Below, in pieces: positions 16,608-26,857 of a stretch of 35,655 nucleotides of DNA (the first letter of the stretch is position 1; the number at the start of each line of letters is the position of its first letter). The translations under genes were made by a program, and so were the position numbers. Source of the stretch: a virus. Taxonomy: Duplodnaviria; Caudoviricetes. The DNA lies in the IMG/VR virus record IMGVR_UViG_3300032253_000022, positions 1 through 35,655 of that record. One strand, 5' to 3'. The notes under the pieces were generated by a model. It searched no databases and was not told the DNA's origin. It was given only the letters and a program-made list of their open reading frames with translations.

Positions 16608-18533
16608 ATGGCAGTAACACAAGAGCAAGTAATAGTTAAGTTATCAGCAGACACAGCCAAGTTACGCTCACAGATGAAAAATGCAGAAACAGCTACTAAT
16701 AAATCTATAAATGCTATGACAAACTCAATTAAAAGACTTGGTGGTGCTTTTGCTATTTATATGGCAGCTAAAAAGATAGTACAATATGGTGATGCATGGA
16801 CTGGCATTAACGGTAAGTTAAAACTTGTAACAAACTCAGCACAAGGTTTAGCAGTAGTACAAAAAGAGCTTTTTAATGTATCACAAGCTACACGATCAGA
16901 TTTAGACAGTACAGTAACGCTATACTCTAAATTAGCACGTAGTACAAAAGGCTTAGGCTATTCACAAAAAGAACTTATTGCAGTAACCGAAACAATTAAT
17001 AAAGCTATGATTGTATCAGGTGCAAGTGCTGTAGAAGCTTCTGCATCTTTAAATCAATTAGGTCAAGGTTTAGCATCAGGTACTCTAAGAGGTGAAGAAC
17101 TAAACTCTATCATGGAACAAACTCCAAGACTAGCAGAAGCTATTGCATCAGGTATGGGTATTGCAGTAGGTCAATTAAGAGAGTATGGTTCACAAGGGCT
17201 TATATCTTCTGAGTCAGTAATTAACGCTCTTAAATCACAAGGTAAAGCTGTATCAGATGAATTTAGCAAGATGCCACAGACAGTAGGACAAGCTTTTACT
17301 AAGTTTCAAAATAGTGCATTAAAAGCAATAGGGCAAGTAGATCAGAGCCTAGGGATAACATCAGGCATAGCAAAAGGTATAAATTATGTTACAGAAGCTA
17401 TAGACAACGCAAAAAAAGCATTTAGCGTATTTAGTGCTTTTGTAAGTGCTTCATTAACAAAAGTTAAATTAGCATTTAGTGTAGTTGGAAATGCAATTAA
17501 TGTAGCATTTACAGTCACATTTGAGGTAGTTAAGAAAACTTTCGCATTGTTAATATTCAATATACTACAGGGTATTAATAATATGGCTAATAGCTTTAAT
17601 ATGTTATCTGCTAGGGTTGCAGGACCATTAATAAATACTAATGGGCTATTAAAAGGTCAAGAGGTAGCATTACAAGGGGTTATATCATCTCAAAAATCTG
17701 CGAATACAGCTATAGCAGAGTATGATACCGCAGTTAGGCTATTAAGCGAACATAATGTATTAGTAGACATGGGTAATCAATTAAGTATGATATCAGAAGC
17801 AACTACAGCCACAAAAAACGACACAGAACTATTAAATGAACAGCTAAAAAATACAGGTGACATAGTTAAAACTGGTACATCATTCTGGGATGCTTGGGAA
17901 ACAGCAGCTGATACAGCGTTAACTAATGCATCAGATAAAGCCAAACAAGCTAAAGCCTTAGTATCATCTATCAATTCAACGATATCAAGCGGTTTAACTT
18001 CTGCTTTTAGACAGTCGCTAGATGGTGTGAATAATTGGGGTGATGCGTTTAAGAATATCCTTAAAGACGTTTTAGCACAAATATTTAAAGTTATTATTGC
18101 TCAAAAAATAGCTGGTATGGTAACAGCAGGTGCAGGTGGGGGTTCTACTGGTGGTGGTTCTACTGGCTTTGGTGCTTTAGATGGCTTTGCAAAAGGTGGA
18201 GCGTTCCAAGGCGGTTCTAATATTAAAGCCTATGCCAAAGGTGGTGTTGTTGATCAACCAACTTACTTTGGAATGAGTGGTGGTAAAACTGGACTCATGG
18301 GTGAAGCTGGAGCAGAAGCAATTATGCCACTTGATAGAATGAGTGATGGTTCACTAGGTGTAAAGGCTGCACCAGTAAACGTAACAGTCATAAATAATGC
18401 TGGTGTTAATGTATCTACCTCACAAGATGGAGAAGATTTTAACATAACACTAGAGCGTATTGACTCAGCCCTAGCAGATGGAGTACGTAGACAAACATCA
18501 AGCCTTTCTAGTGCTATAAAGAGTGTTAGATAA
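16608..18533 (+). CDS. Tail tape measure protein
   Basis: QLGQGLASGTLRGEELNSIMEQ tape-measure domain; C-terminal AKGG...GLMGEAGAEAIMPL. Confidence 0.95.
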   Translation: MAVTQEQVIVKLSADTAKLRSQMKNAETATNKSINAMTNSIKRLGGAFAIYMAAKKIVQYGDAWTGINGKLKLVTNSAQGLAVVQKELFNVSQATRSDLDSTVTLYSKLARSTKGLGYSQKELIAVTETINKAMIVSGASAVEASASLNQLGQGLASGTLRGEELNSIMEQTPRLAEAIASGMGIAVGQLREYGSQGLISSESVINALKSQGKAVSDEFSKMPQTVGQAFTKFQNSALKAIGQVDQSLGITSGIAKGINYVTEAIDNAKKAFSVFSAFVSASLTKVKLAFSVVGNAINVAFTVTFEVVKKTFALLIFNILQGINNMANSFNMLSARVAGPLINTNGLLKGQEVALQGVISSQKSANTAIAEYDTAVRLLSEHNVLVDMGNQLSMISEATTATKNDTELLNEQLKNTGDIVKTGTSFWDAWETAADTALTNASDKAKQAKALVSSINSTISSGLTSAFRQSLDGVNNWGDAFKNILKDVLAQIFKVIIAQKIAGMVTAGAGGGSTGGGSTGFGALDGFAKGGAFQGGSNIKAYAKGGVVDQPTYFGMSGGKTGLMGEAGAEAIMPLDRMSDGSLGVKAAPVNVTVINNAGVNVSTSQDGEDFNITLERIDSALADGVRRQTSSLSSAIKSVR

Positions 18534-19003
18534 TGACTGATGCACTAAAAGAGCTTTACAGCTATAACCCTATCGAGCAAGTACAGTATGATACTTTAAC
18601 ATTAAGCCATTCTCAGTTTTCACAAACGTATCACCTCGTTAAATCAGATGTAGATATTGAATTTAATAATATCCACTACATTGCATCAGGGTTCACGTTT
18701 ACACTACCTGAAAAGGGCGGTAATCAGCAAGACTTAACCATTTCCATAAATAATGTAGAGTCTAACATCATAACAGAGCTAGAAAGTGCTTTAAATGAAG
18801 CAAACGAAGCTATACAAGTTGTTTATCGTATGTTTATTAATACTTCACCTGATGTAGTTCAATTTGAGCTTACACTACAATTACAAGAGGTATCTATCAA
18901 TCAATATTCCATAGAGGGTAGAGCTACAAACATAAATCTCTTTGACTCTAAATTTCCTAAACAAAGGTTTGACTCATGGAAGTTCACAGGCTTAACTATT
19001 TAG
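18533..19003 (+). CDS. Tail tip protein (DUF1833/gpL-like)
   Basis: TL.LSH..F....LV, F.FTLP, L.ISINNV, FP..RF. Confidence 0.75.
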   Translation: MTDALKELYSYNPIEQVQYDTLTLSHSQFSQTYHLVKSDVDIEFNNIHYIASGFTFTLPEKGGNQQDLTISINNVESNIITELESALNEANEAIQVVYRMFINTSPDVVQFELTLQLQEVSINQYSIEGRATNINLFDSKFPKQRFDSWKFTGLTI

Positions 19004-19374
19004 ATATCGTAGAAACAATCGGTAAACCTTATAAATTAGAGTCCAATCCACCTTATACATTTAATTGCTGGTCGCTTATCCACTACTTACAACCTCACGC
19101 ACCAAGCTTTGAGCCTGAGAAACTAAAAGAGTACATAGAGATATTCAATGATCAACCTGAAAAACTAGAAGATAATCAAAGGTGGGTAGAAGTAGATGAG
19201 ATAAAAGAGGGTGATGTTTTACTCCTAGGAAAAAACAACTACTACACTCATGCAGGTATATTTTTATATGGTAATAAAATGTTACACGCAAAAGATAAGG
19301 CAGGGGTAGTTATTGAAAGCCTTAATATGGTAAAATTAAGATACAAAAACATAAAGGCTTATAGATGGCTATAA
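18976..19374 (+). CDS. NlpC/P60-family tail assembly protein (gpK-like)
   Basis: IGKPY...FNCWSL, EGDVLL, HAGI, MLHA. Confidence 0.8.
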   Translation: MEVHRLNYLDIVETIGKPYKLESNPPYTFNCWSLIHYLQPHAPSFEPEKLKEYIEIFNDQPEKLEDNQRWVEVDEIKEGDVLLLGKNNYYTHAGIFLYGNKMLHAKDKAGVVIESLNMVKLRYKNIKAYRWL

Positions 19375-21977
19375 TTAAAGAGATTGACAATGTATTAGCC
19401 ATTAGTAAAGAGCCTATAAGCCATAAAGGTACATTACTAAGCTATCTTATGGAAAACCACCCACAAGGCTTTAATCAGCCCGTAGATGTGTTTAAAAATG
19501 ATGTATTACTAGAGGTAGATGATTTTGATTGTAAGTTATCAGATGATGATGTAATTTTAATCGTGTTTAAACCTGCTTGGGAAATCGCAGCACAAGTTGT
19601 TATCGCTGCTTTAGTATCAACTGCTATTGCTTACATATTCGCAGAAGACCCACCATCTATGCCACAAATAGGTGCTAGTGACTACAGAAGCGTTAAGAAC
19701 CCACAATCTATTTACTCTCTAAACACTAATCAAAATCAATTCGGAGCAGGGCAAACAATACCTATTATCTATGGAACTGTTAAAACTACTCCATCACTTA
19801 TTGCACCACCTTATAGAATGTATGACAAAAATGAGGAGTTTCTATATCAATTAATGTGTTTAGGTGCAGGTACTTTTGATATTGATGATATTCTTGTGTC
19901 AGATACATCATCAGAGGATATAAATACTGAATCATTTGAATATAAGATAATTACTCAATCAGATTTAGTTGGAACTACAATTACAGATTTCATTGAATTC
20001 ACTACAGGTGATGTAAACTATACTGAACTTGTAAATACTGTAAAAATTGTTGAAAATCTAGAGATGCGTGGAACACCTGCAAGTTCAACTATGCTTTTCT
20101 ATTTGACAGGAAGTACAATATACTTTGGTGCTTATGGTGGTGAATACCCTGATTTAACATCATTACAGAATGGCTCAGAGATTCAGTTATCTAGTACTAA
20201 ATACCCTGCAAACACAGGCACATACTTAGTTGATACAGTAGATAATATAAACCATACTGTAACAGTACAATCATTTACTTTTACTAATGAACCTGATGAA
20301 CTAAATAATGTTTCAAATGCAAGTATATTAGCAATAAGACCAAATAGGATAGAGTTCTTTGATCCTAACTATCCATCTCCTGCTTTAATAGTTGGACAGA
20401 TTTATGATATTACTATAGACTCAATAGATTTTATAGCTACCTGTACTGGTGTATCAACTTCTTCAGGGTTTGAATTATATGCAAGTTTTGATGTTAATTT
20501 TTCAAGTGTTCTAGGAACTGGGAAAACAGTAACTATTGGTAAAAAGTACACAACAGGTAGTGCAATTTTTGAAACAACTTATGGTTCTTATGCTATCGCA
20601 GAGGGCGATAAGCTACAAGGGCTTAAATCAGTTGAATTAGACTTTGATATGCCAAGAGGACTTTATAACTCATCAGGTGGTGCATTTGCAGATAGAACAG
20701 TAGATGGAACAGCATATTTTGATGCTTATTATTCAAATGGAACTAAAGATACTTTTGATTATGTTTTCAGTTATACAGATGATGATAATAGTCCTATAAG
20801 AAAAACATTTAAACCTGATGTAATTGCAAACATACTACCAACACATACACGTTTAGCATTAAGAATAAAACGTGATAGTGCTGAACCTGCTGACACATCA
20901 AGCCAAGATAAAATACACTTGCAAAGAGTAAAAGGCTTATATAAAAATGATTATGGCAATCAAGACTTTGGGAACGTAACACTCCTTTGGACTAGAATTA
21001 AAGCGACTAATGCGATTAGTGCAATAGGTCAACACTCTATCCATGCTTGGGTTACACGAAACGATGTAGGAAACACAGTAAAAGACGTTATCACCGATAT
21101 CGTAACCAATACAGATTATGGAGCTGGACTTTCTGAAACGCTTTTGTCATTGCCTGAAACTACCGAAACTATCAATGGAGCGTTTGAAAGTGAAGTAACT
21201 ACAGCAGAAGCTTTACGTGTAGCTGGTAACGCTGGAAGATACGAAGTAAAACAAGATGGTGACTTAATTAAAATCACTAAAGATGATGTACAAACATTGC
21301 CAGTATGTATCTTTAATGAAACAAACATTATTAAAGACTCTTTAACAGCTACTTATAGCTTAGGTAAAGTAAAAGAGATCGATGGTTATAGAGTTTTATA
21401 TCGTGATCCTGACACGTTCCAAGAGAAAGAAGCACTTTACCCTGTAACATCAAGTAGACCTGAGATAGTTGAATTGTGGGGTGTAACAGATAGCACTATC
21501 GCACTAGCAGAAGCTACTTATCTATGGAAAAAGTATATCTACAAACGAAATCAAGTAGAATTTCAAACAGACTACCAAGGCTATATACCTGCATACAATG
21601 ATAAGGTAATAGTATCTCACTCACTATTTAAAAATAGTCAAGCAAGTGAAGTTGTAAGCGAGTCTATCCCAGTATCAGGAAGTAGAGAGCTAGTTTTAGC
21701 CGATACAGTAGATGGTACACCTAATCAAATCATTGTAAGAGGGGATAAAGGACAGCCTGAAACATACGCTATCACTGCAATAGTAGATGATACGATTACT
21801 GTTACAATGGACGATGCAATAGTTTTATATACTGACTTCACAAGAGAGCGAACGAAACTAAGTATCGGTACTGCATCTAACATGGATAAAGAGTATACTA
21901 TTACATCTATTAAACCATCTAAAGAGAATAGAATGACAATATCTGCAGTAAATTATGATACAAGGGTTTATGAATGA
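19365..21977 (+). CDS. Central tail tip/host-specificity protein (gpJ-like)
   Basis: GQTIPIIYG, LCLG.G, F.MPRGL, FNETNI, L.GVT..A; 870 aa. Confidence 0.85.
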   Translation: MAIIKEIDNVLAISKEPISHKGTLLSYLMENHPQGFNQPVDVFKNDVLLEVDDFDCKLSDDDVILIVFKPAWEIAAQVVIAALVSTAIAYIFAEDPPSMPQIGASDYRSVKNPQSIYSLNTNQNQFGAGQTIPIIYGTVKTTPSLIAPPYRMYDKNEEFLYQLMCLGAGTFDIDDILVSDTSSEDINTESFEYKIITQSDLVGTTITDFIEFTTGDVNYTELVNTVKIVENLEMRGTPASSTMLFYLTGSTIYFGAYGGEYPDLTSLQNGSEIQLSSTKYPANTGTYLVDTVDNINHTVTVQSFTFTNEPDELNNVSNASILAIRPNRIEFFDPNYPSPALIVGQIYDITIDSIDFIATCTGVSTSSGFELYASFDVNFSSVLGTGKTVTIGKKYTTGSAIFETTYGSYAIAEGDKLQGLKSVELDFDMPRGLYNSSGGAFADRTVDGTAYFDAYYSNGTKDTFDYVFSYTDDDNSPIRKTFKPDVIANILPTHTRLALRIKRDSAEPADTSSQDKIHLQRVKGLYKNDYGNQDFGNVTLLWTRIKATNAISAIGQHSIHAWVTRNDVGNTVKDVITDIVTNTDYGAGLSETLLSLPETTETINGAFESEVTTAEALRVAGNAGRYEVKQDGDLIKITKDDVQTLPVCIFNETNIIKDSLTATYSLGKVKEIDGYRVLYRDPDTFQEKEALYPVTSSRPEIVELWGVTDSTIALAEATYLWKKYIYKRNQVEFQTDYQGYIPAYNDKVIVSHSLFKNSQASEVVSESIPVSGSRELVLADTVDGTPNQIIVRGDKGQPETYAITAIVDDTITVTMDDAIVLYTDFTRERTKLSIGTASNMDKEYTITSIKPSKENRMTISAVNYDTRVYE

Positions 21978-22315
21978 TAGCTTACCCTACTACTTTACCA
22001 TGCCCTAGAATAAAAAGCCACTCAGTAAGCTTTGAGAATGATATGATCAACAGTAATTTTGATTATGCAAGTACACAGACTCACATACAAAAAGATACTA
22101 AGCAGTTTAATCTATCTATCGTTTTAAATCAATCTCAAATGGATACATTTAAAGTGTTTTATACAGCTTTATATGATGGAGTATCACCATTTACAGCAGA
22201 TTGGCTTATACTTAACGATGTAACCACCAAAACGATACGCTTTACCTCAGAGTATAAGTTTAAATCGTTAGGTGCTTCATTGTATGACTTAACGATTAAT
22301 TGCGAGGTGCTTTAA
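21974..22315 (+). CDS. Minor tail protein (gpM/Dit-like), paralog 1
   Basis: YPTTLPCP...F..FY..L.DG..PF...IRF. Confidence 0.65.
   Translation: MIAYPTTLPCPRIKSHSVSFENDMINSNFDYASTQTHIQKDTKQFNLSIVLNQSQMDTFKVFYTALYDGVSPFTADWLILNDVTTKTIRFTSEYKFKSLGASLYDLTINCEVL
21982..22006 (+). repeat. 25-bp direct repeat, copy 1 (ttaccctactactttaccatgccct)
   Basis: Identical copy at 22320-22344. Confidence 0.9.
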
Positions 22316-22734
22316 TGGATTACCCTACTACTTTACCATGCCCTTTAATATCAAGTGGAAATTCAGTTGCTGCTAAATCATCAGTAGCGGTAAACTTTGA
22401 TTATAGATCAAGGATTACAAGAATTCCAAAGCGTAGAAGTGCTTACACAATAGAGTCGATATTCAATGAAACAGAACTAGATGCATTTATGGTTTTCTAT
22501 GACTCAATCATTAAAACTAAAACATTTAATGCCACTTGGGTATTAGATGCTAACATAAACTCTAATAAAATAGTTAAAATGATTGACTCACCAAGTGTAA
22601 AAAGTCTAGGTAATTTAAGCTATAATATTACATTTACAATAGAAGTTTTATGGTTTGGAACGATTTACAGTAACCCACTTTATCCATATACAACGCTATA
22701 CCCTAGCAAATACTTATTTCCATCAGGAGTTTAA
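22315..22734 (+). CDS. Minor tail protein (gpM/Dit-like), paralog 2, with C-terminal LYP repeats (ORF track starts at 22300)
   Basis: The TAATG overlap gives ATG 22315; shares YPTTLPCP, F..FY, KSLG..Y and EVL with paralog 1. Confidence 0.7.
   Translation: MDYPTTLPCPLISSGNSVAAKSSVAVNFDYRSRITRIPKRRSAYTIESIFNETELDAFMVFYDSIIKTKTFNATWVLDANINSNKIVKMIDSPSVKSLGNLSYNITFTIEVLWFGTIYSNPLYPYTTLYPSKYLFPSGV
22320..22344 (+). repeat. 25-bp direct repeat, copy 2
   Basis: Identical to 21982-22006. Confidence 0.9.
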
Positions 22735-22737
22735 TAA

Positions 22738-25575
22738 ATGGCATACACCAAACAGACATGGACAAACGATAGCGGTTTAGCAATAGATGCTACAAATCTA
22801 AACACAATAGAGCAAGGTATAAAAGATGCTCATGATATCGCTGATAGTAAGATAGCATCAGTTAATGGTAAAACAGACCAAGCAGTAACGCTTAATGCTT
22901 CTGAGATACCTTATAGTAATGCTACAAGTGGAATTACAGCCACAGATACTAATGGAGCTATTGATGAGGTAGATGCTAGAGTAGATGTTCTAGAAGCAGC
23001 ACCTACGAGTCCTGATGTTGTTTCTAACAGATCCTCATTTATAGTAAACACATCAACAACGCTAAACAATATGAACCTAGCATCTATTCAAAAGATAGGT
23101 ACTACAGAGTTTTTATATACTGGTACTGGTGCTAGTTTAAACGTACCTACAACTGGGGTACAGATAGCGAATGATAACGGAGATGGTGTAACCATAGCTA
23201 GTGATTGGGCTGATACAACACATACACTAGAAGTTATTGTAAAAGACAATAGTGTAACTGGTGATAACTTACCTTATGAATGTATAAACCCTATCACAGT
23301 AGCTACTGGTGTATCACCTAGATTAGATACTACTAACTGGAAATTAGCCGATAATCAATATGGGTATACACTTAAATTTAAAAGCCTAAGTGCTATTGCT
23401 TCTCACTATACTTTTGACTCAGTGCGTAGAGAAACAAACTATATCTTAACAGATACAACTGGTATTGAGGTTACAGATGCTACATCATTAATAGCAGTAA
23501 ATCCTTTCTCAGTAACTATTGGTATTTTAGCAGGTATGAATACAAACTTAGCTACTTACGTTCTAACAGTAGAACAAACAATCCGTAGAACAGCAGGGTA
23601 TCGTACAGATGCAGGAGTTATACAAAATAGTAAGCTTAATACTGGTACAGATTTACTTGAAAAAGATAGTGTAGGTAATCCACAAATCAGACACTATAAC
23701 CCAGTACAAGGTAATGAGATTGTATTACATACGGGTAATGGTTTAGCTGGTAGAAATATTACTACTGGTGTGAAGTATGATTTTGCTGTTACTAAAAGTT
23801 TAGGTTCTATATTTGGATGGGCTTCTTATAATAGATATGCTGGAGCTACTAAATATTTAGCATTGAATACTACAGCAGGTTCAACTGACTGGTTGGCTAT
23901 GTTTAACGATACAGAACCAACAGAAAGCACATTTACTTTTGGTACAGATAGCTGGGTAAATACAAACGCAGTTCAATACATAACATACGGATACGCTGAA
24001 ACAGCTAATACGAAAATCGTTAGCTATCAAGGTACTGGTGCAGTAGGTAATGTAGTTGACTTAGGTATGGATATGACTGTAGCAGGTGCTAAGGTTATTA
24101 TTAAGGGATTGACGAATGTTAGTTCTTGGACTATGATTGATACAGTCAGAGATGATGGTAGATATTTATATGCTAATACATCAGCAGTAGAGATTCCTTT
24201 CGACCACATAGATTTCACTAGCACAGGTTTTGTTACTAAAGTTGGATTAGATGCACAGGTTAATACAGCAGGTGTAACCTATATGGTAATAGCCTCAACT
24301 CCTTACTACGCTCAACCAACTGGCGGTAAAGAGCTAACATTCAATAGCGGTATCTCAGTAGTTGGAGCAGATGGTAAAGTAGACAACGCTTTTAAAACTG
24401 CAAACTTAACTACTACTGCATCAGCACTTCTAGATGTTGGTACTGGTAACGCAAATACAAAGCAATACTTATTCGTAGACGCTAAAACTGGTGTACAGTC
24501 GGCTTCTGAATTTCCTATCAACTCAGGAACAAATAGAGCTAAGGCAGATACATGGGGTGTTGATGTTGTAGATGCAAGTGGAACAGTTACTCATAAGACA
24601 ACTGCTAGACATGGAAGCCCTGAGAGTGAAACTGGTTTTGTTAGTGCTAGTAGTACCTACTTAAATGTCGGACTACCACACAGAGCATTCGATGATACTG
24701 ACTCGCTAAATGATTGTTGGCTTTCTATTGTCGGCTCTTTCTCAGCTAGTGTTGGAGATGAGTCAATCTACTATGATTTAACACAAGATAGACTGCCTGT
24801 TTCATTTAGATATAAAACAAGGAATGAGCCAACCGAATTAGCAGGTGGACAAGTCGTTGACTTCACAGTAGACTTTAGTAATGATGATGGGAAAACTTGG
24901 ACTTCAATGTTAACTAAAGTTAATACAACTCAAATCACATCGACTAACACTTGGAGTGAGCTGTTTGACTTAACAACTCTAGCACAAAAAACTAGAAAAC
25001 TTAGAGTAAGAACGACTAAAAATGGAGGCTCAAATTATATAGCCTATGGAGAAATCGAATTCAAATTCGCAATCTCAGATGAACCATACATTAACGTACA
25101 AGAGAACAAAGTCTTAGATAGCTCAGACCTACAAGAAAACAGAGTAATGTTAGGTCATGTATTAGTTGATAGTACAGAGAGCCTACACAGCTTAGTAGAG
25201 TATCCTATTAATGAAGCTCATAGTAATGGGTTTACTGCTCATGGTAATGTTAAGTTTAAAGAGGGTATAGAGGGGGTTAATCAGTGTACTGCATGGGTTA
25301 AATTTGATGGTACAGCCACACCACCTAGAATTCATGATAGCTATAATGTGGCTGCTGTTGCTAGAACCGCCACAGGTTTTTTTGACATATACTTAGAATC
25401 TAAGCTTTCTGTAGATAGAGCCTCTACTGTATCAGTAATGGAGAACGCGTCTATTATTGGAGGAGGGGCAGTAGGGTCTACAGAATATTTACAAAAGGTA
25501 AGCCTTATAAATTACGCTGGCACATATGGTAACTATGATAATGTTTGCCTACAAATATTTGGAGGTAAGAAATAA
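22738..25575 (+). CDS. Tail fibre/receptor-binding protein, multi-domain
   Basis: MAYTKQTW anchor; SVNGKT..VTL; three Y/HxGxG repeat units; discoidin-like segment (SASS..AFD..W); C-terminal AWVKFDG..SYNV. Confidence 0.85.
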   Translation: MAYTKQTWTNDSGLAIDATNLNTIEQGIKDAHDIADSKIASVNGKTDQAVTLNASEIPYSNATSGITATDTNGAIDEVDARVDVLEAAPTSPDVVSNRSSFIVNTSTTLNNMNLASIQKIGTTEFLYTGTGASLNVPTTGVQIANDNGDGVTIASDWADTTHTLEVIVKDNSVTGDNLPYECINPITVATGVSPRLDTTNWKLADNQYGYTLKFKSLSAIASHYTFDSVRRETNYILTDTTGIEVTDATSLIAVNPFSVTIGILAGMNTNLATYVLTVEQTIRRTAGYRTDAGVIQNSKLNTGTDLLEKDSVGNPQIRHYNPVQGNEIVLHTGNGLAGRNITTGVKYDFAVTKSLGSIFGWASYNRYAGATKYLALNTTAGSTDWLAMFNDTEPTESTFTFGTDSWVNTNAVQYITYGYAETANTKIVSYQGTGAVGNVVDLGMDMTVAGAKVIIKGLTNVSSWTMIDTVRDDGRYLYANTSAVEIPFDHIDFTSTGFVTKVGLDAQVNTAGVTYMVIASTPYYAQPTGGKELTFNSGISVVGADGKVDNAFKTANLTTTASALLDVGTGNANTKQYLFVDAKTGVQSASEFPINSGTNRAKADTWGVDVVDASGTVTHKTTARHGSPESETGFVSASSTYLNVGLPHRAFDDTDSLNDCWLSIVGSFSASVGDESIYYDLTQDRLPVSFRYKTRNEPTELAGGQVVDFTVDFSNDDGKTWTSMLTKVNTTQITSTNTWSELFDLTTLAQKTRKLRVRTTKNGGSNYIAYGEIEFKFAISDEPYINVQENKVLDSSDLQENRVMLGHVLVDSTESLHSLVEYPINEAHSNGFTAHGNVKFKEGIEGVNQCTAWVKFDGTATPPRIHDSYNVAAVARTATGFFDIYLESKLSVDRASTVSVMENASIIGGGAVGSTEYLQKVSLINYAGTYGNYDNVCLQIFGGKK

Positions 25576-26003
25576 TGTGGATAGATAGAAATGAAGATGG
25601 CTCAGTAACAGTATGTGATACACAGTTTAGTGATACAGCAATAGAGGTAGATAGTTTACCAGATGAGCAAGAGTTCTTAACATGGACTCTTGGAGAACCT
25701 TTACCAGTAGTTGATGCTAGCAAGCAAGCAGAATCACAACGTGTACAAGCAAAAGATGATAGAGATACAGCTTTACAATCAAGCACTTATTCTTTAGCAG
25801 ATGGTAGCGAGTATCAAGTAAGACCACAAGACCTATCAAACTTTCAGATAACTATTGATGGTGGAGTTAGTGAGGAGTGGGTACTAGCTGATAACACTAT
25901 TAGATTAACTACTGTTGCTGAACTGCAAGAAATACTAATTGCAGGTATCGCACAAGGTAAAGCAGTTTGGGCTGATTATAAAACTACTATCGGAGCGTTG
26001 TAA
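25575..26003 (+). CDS. Tail fibre assembly protein (DUF4376-like)
   Basis: K..RD.A, W.LADN..R..T.AEL. Confidence 0.7.
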   Translation: MWIDRNEDGSVTVCDTQFSDTAIEVDSLPDEQEFLTWTLGEPLPVVDASKQAESQRVQAKDDRDTALQSSTYSLADGSEYQVRPQDLSNFQITIDGGVSEEWVLADNTIRLTTVAELQEILIAGIAQGKAVWADYKTTIGAL

Positions 26004-26248
26004 TGAGCAAAAACAATCATTGCACTTGGTTTCCTGAGAGATGGGCTAAGTGGGTAAAGTGGTACAAGTGGGAGTTATTCCCTATTGGTGATTTATGTTG
26101 TAAGATACATGATGAGAATTGCAGTACAACTAAGTTCAATAAGTGCCTAAGAGAAAACAAAGCAGTAGGCGGTTTACTTATTACACTTGGTGGGTTAATA
26201 GGCTGTATGGTAAGATATCCACTACTAATGATTAAAAAGGTACTTTGA
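26003..26248 (+). CDS. Cys-rich protein with phospholipase A2-like CCxxHD motif
   Basis: CTWFPE...CCKIHDENC...F..CL and a hydrophobic C-terminus. Confidence 0.55.
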   Translation: MSKNNHCTWFPERWAKWVKWYKWELFPIGDLCCKIHDENCSTTKFNKCLRENKAVGGLLITLGGLIGCMVRYPLLMIKKVL

Positions 26249-26349
26249 TGAGTCAAATGAGCGTAATAGTTTCAATAGTTGCAATAGTTGTTATAGTGAT
26301 AGTTGTTGTTAGTGATCTATATTTTATTTATAAAGATGGGATAAAATGA
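26248..26349 (+). CDS. Single-TM peptide, 33 aa
   Basis: Not in the ORF track; TGATG and ATGA overlaps on both sides; V/I-rich helix. Confidence 0.5.
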   Translation: MSQMSVIVSIVAIVVIVIVVVSDLYFIYKDGIK

Positions 26350-26558
26350 AAACAATATACAAAGACATACTAAGATACATCATACTATTATTAGTATCCG
26401 TATTTATGGCATACGTTATCGTAGAAGCTCTTTCTTTTGCTTATGAAGCTAAGAAGCTAAGTGGAACTATTGCAGGGCTTATAGGCTCTATTATAGTGCC
26501 TACTGTGGGTGCATGGGTATTTATGCTTAAATGGTTCTTCCAAACAAAGGCTGAATGA
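26346..26558 (+). CDS. Holin-like two-TM protein
   Basis: 70 aa with two TM segments, in the lysis region. Confidence 0.55.
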   Translation: MKTIYKDILRYIILLLVSVFMAYVIVEALSFAYEAKKLSGTIAGLIGSIIVPTVGAWVFMLKWFFQTKAE

Positions 26559-26857
26559 TGGATAGAATTCTAAAACCAATAGTGATTATACTGGTACTAT
26601 TTTTAGGTTTTGTAGCACTTATAGGCTCTTATAGAGTAATATCTATATATGATGAGTATGTAGCACTTAAGTTACAAGCAGAAAGTATTAATAAAGAAGT
26701 TAATAGGTATAAGAACTTATACGAATTATCTGAGAGTGGTTGCCAAGAAAAGATAGATAAAGCAGTAAAAAGAGAAAAGGACTTACAAGATGCAAAAGAT
26801 AAACTTAATAACCCTGATGGTGGTATCGTTACTTTGCCTATCAGGGTGCGTGACTAA
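26555..26857 (+). CDS. Inner-membrane spanin (Rz-like)
   Basis: N-terminal TM followed by coiled coil; overlaps the lipoprotein gene. Confidence 0.65.
   Translation: MMDRILKPIVIILVLFLGFVALIGSYRVISIYDEYVALKLQAESINKEVNRYKNLYELSESGCQEKIDKAVKREKDLQDAKDKLNNPDGGIVTLPIRVRD

Noticed and set aside
18135-18167. GGGST x2 tandem repeat in the tape measure gene
   Set aside because: Ordinary low-complexity Gly/Ser linker.
22738-25575. Diversity-generating retroelement or invertible fibre cassette
   Set aside because: No reverse transcriptase, template/variable repeat pair, invertase or inverted fibre copy was seen.
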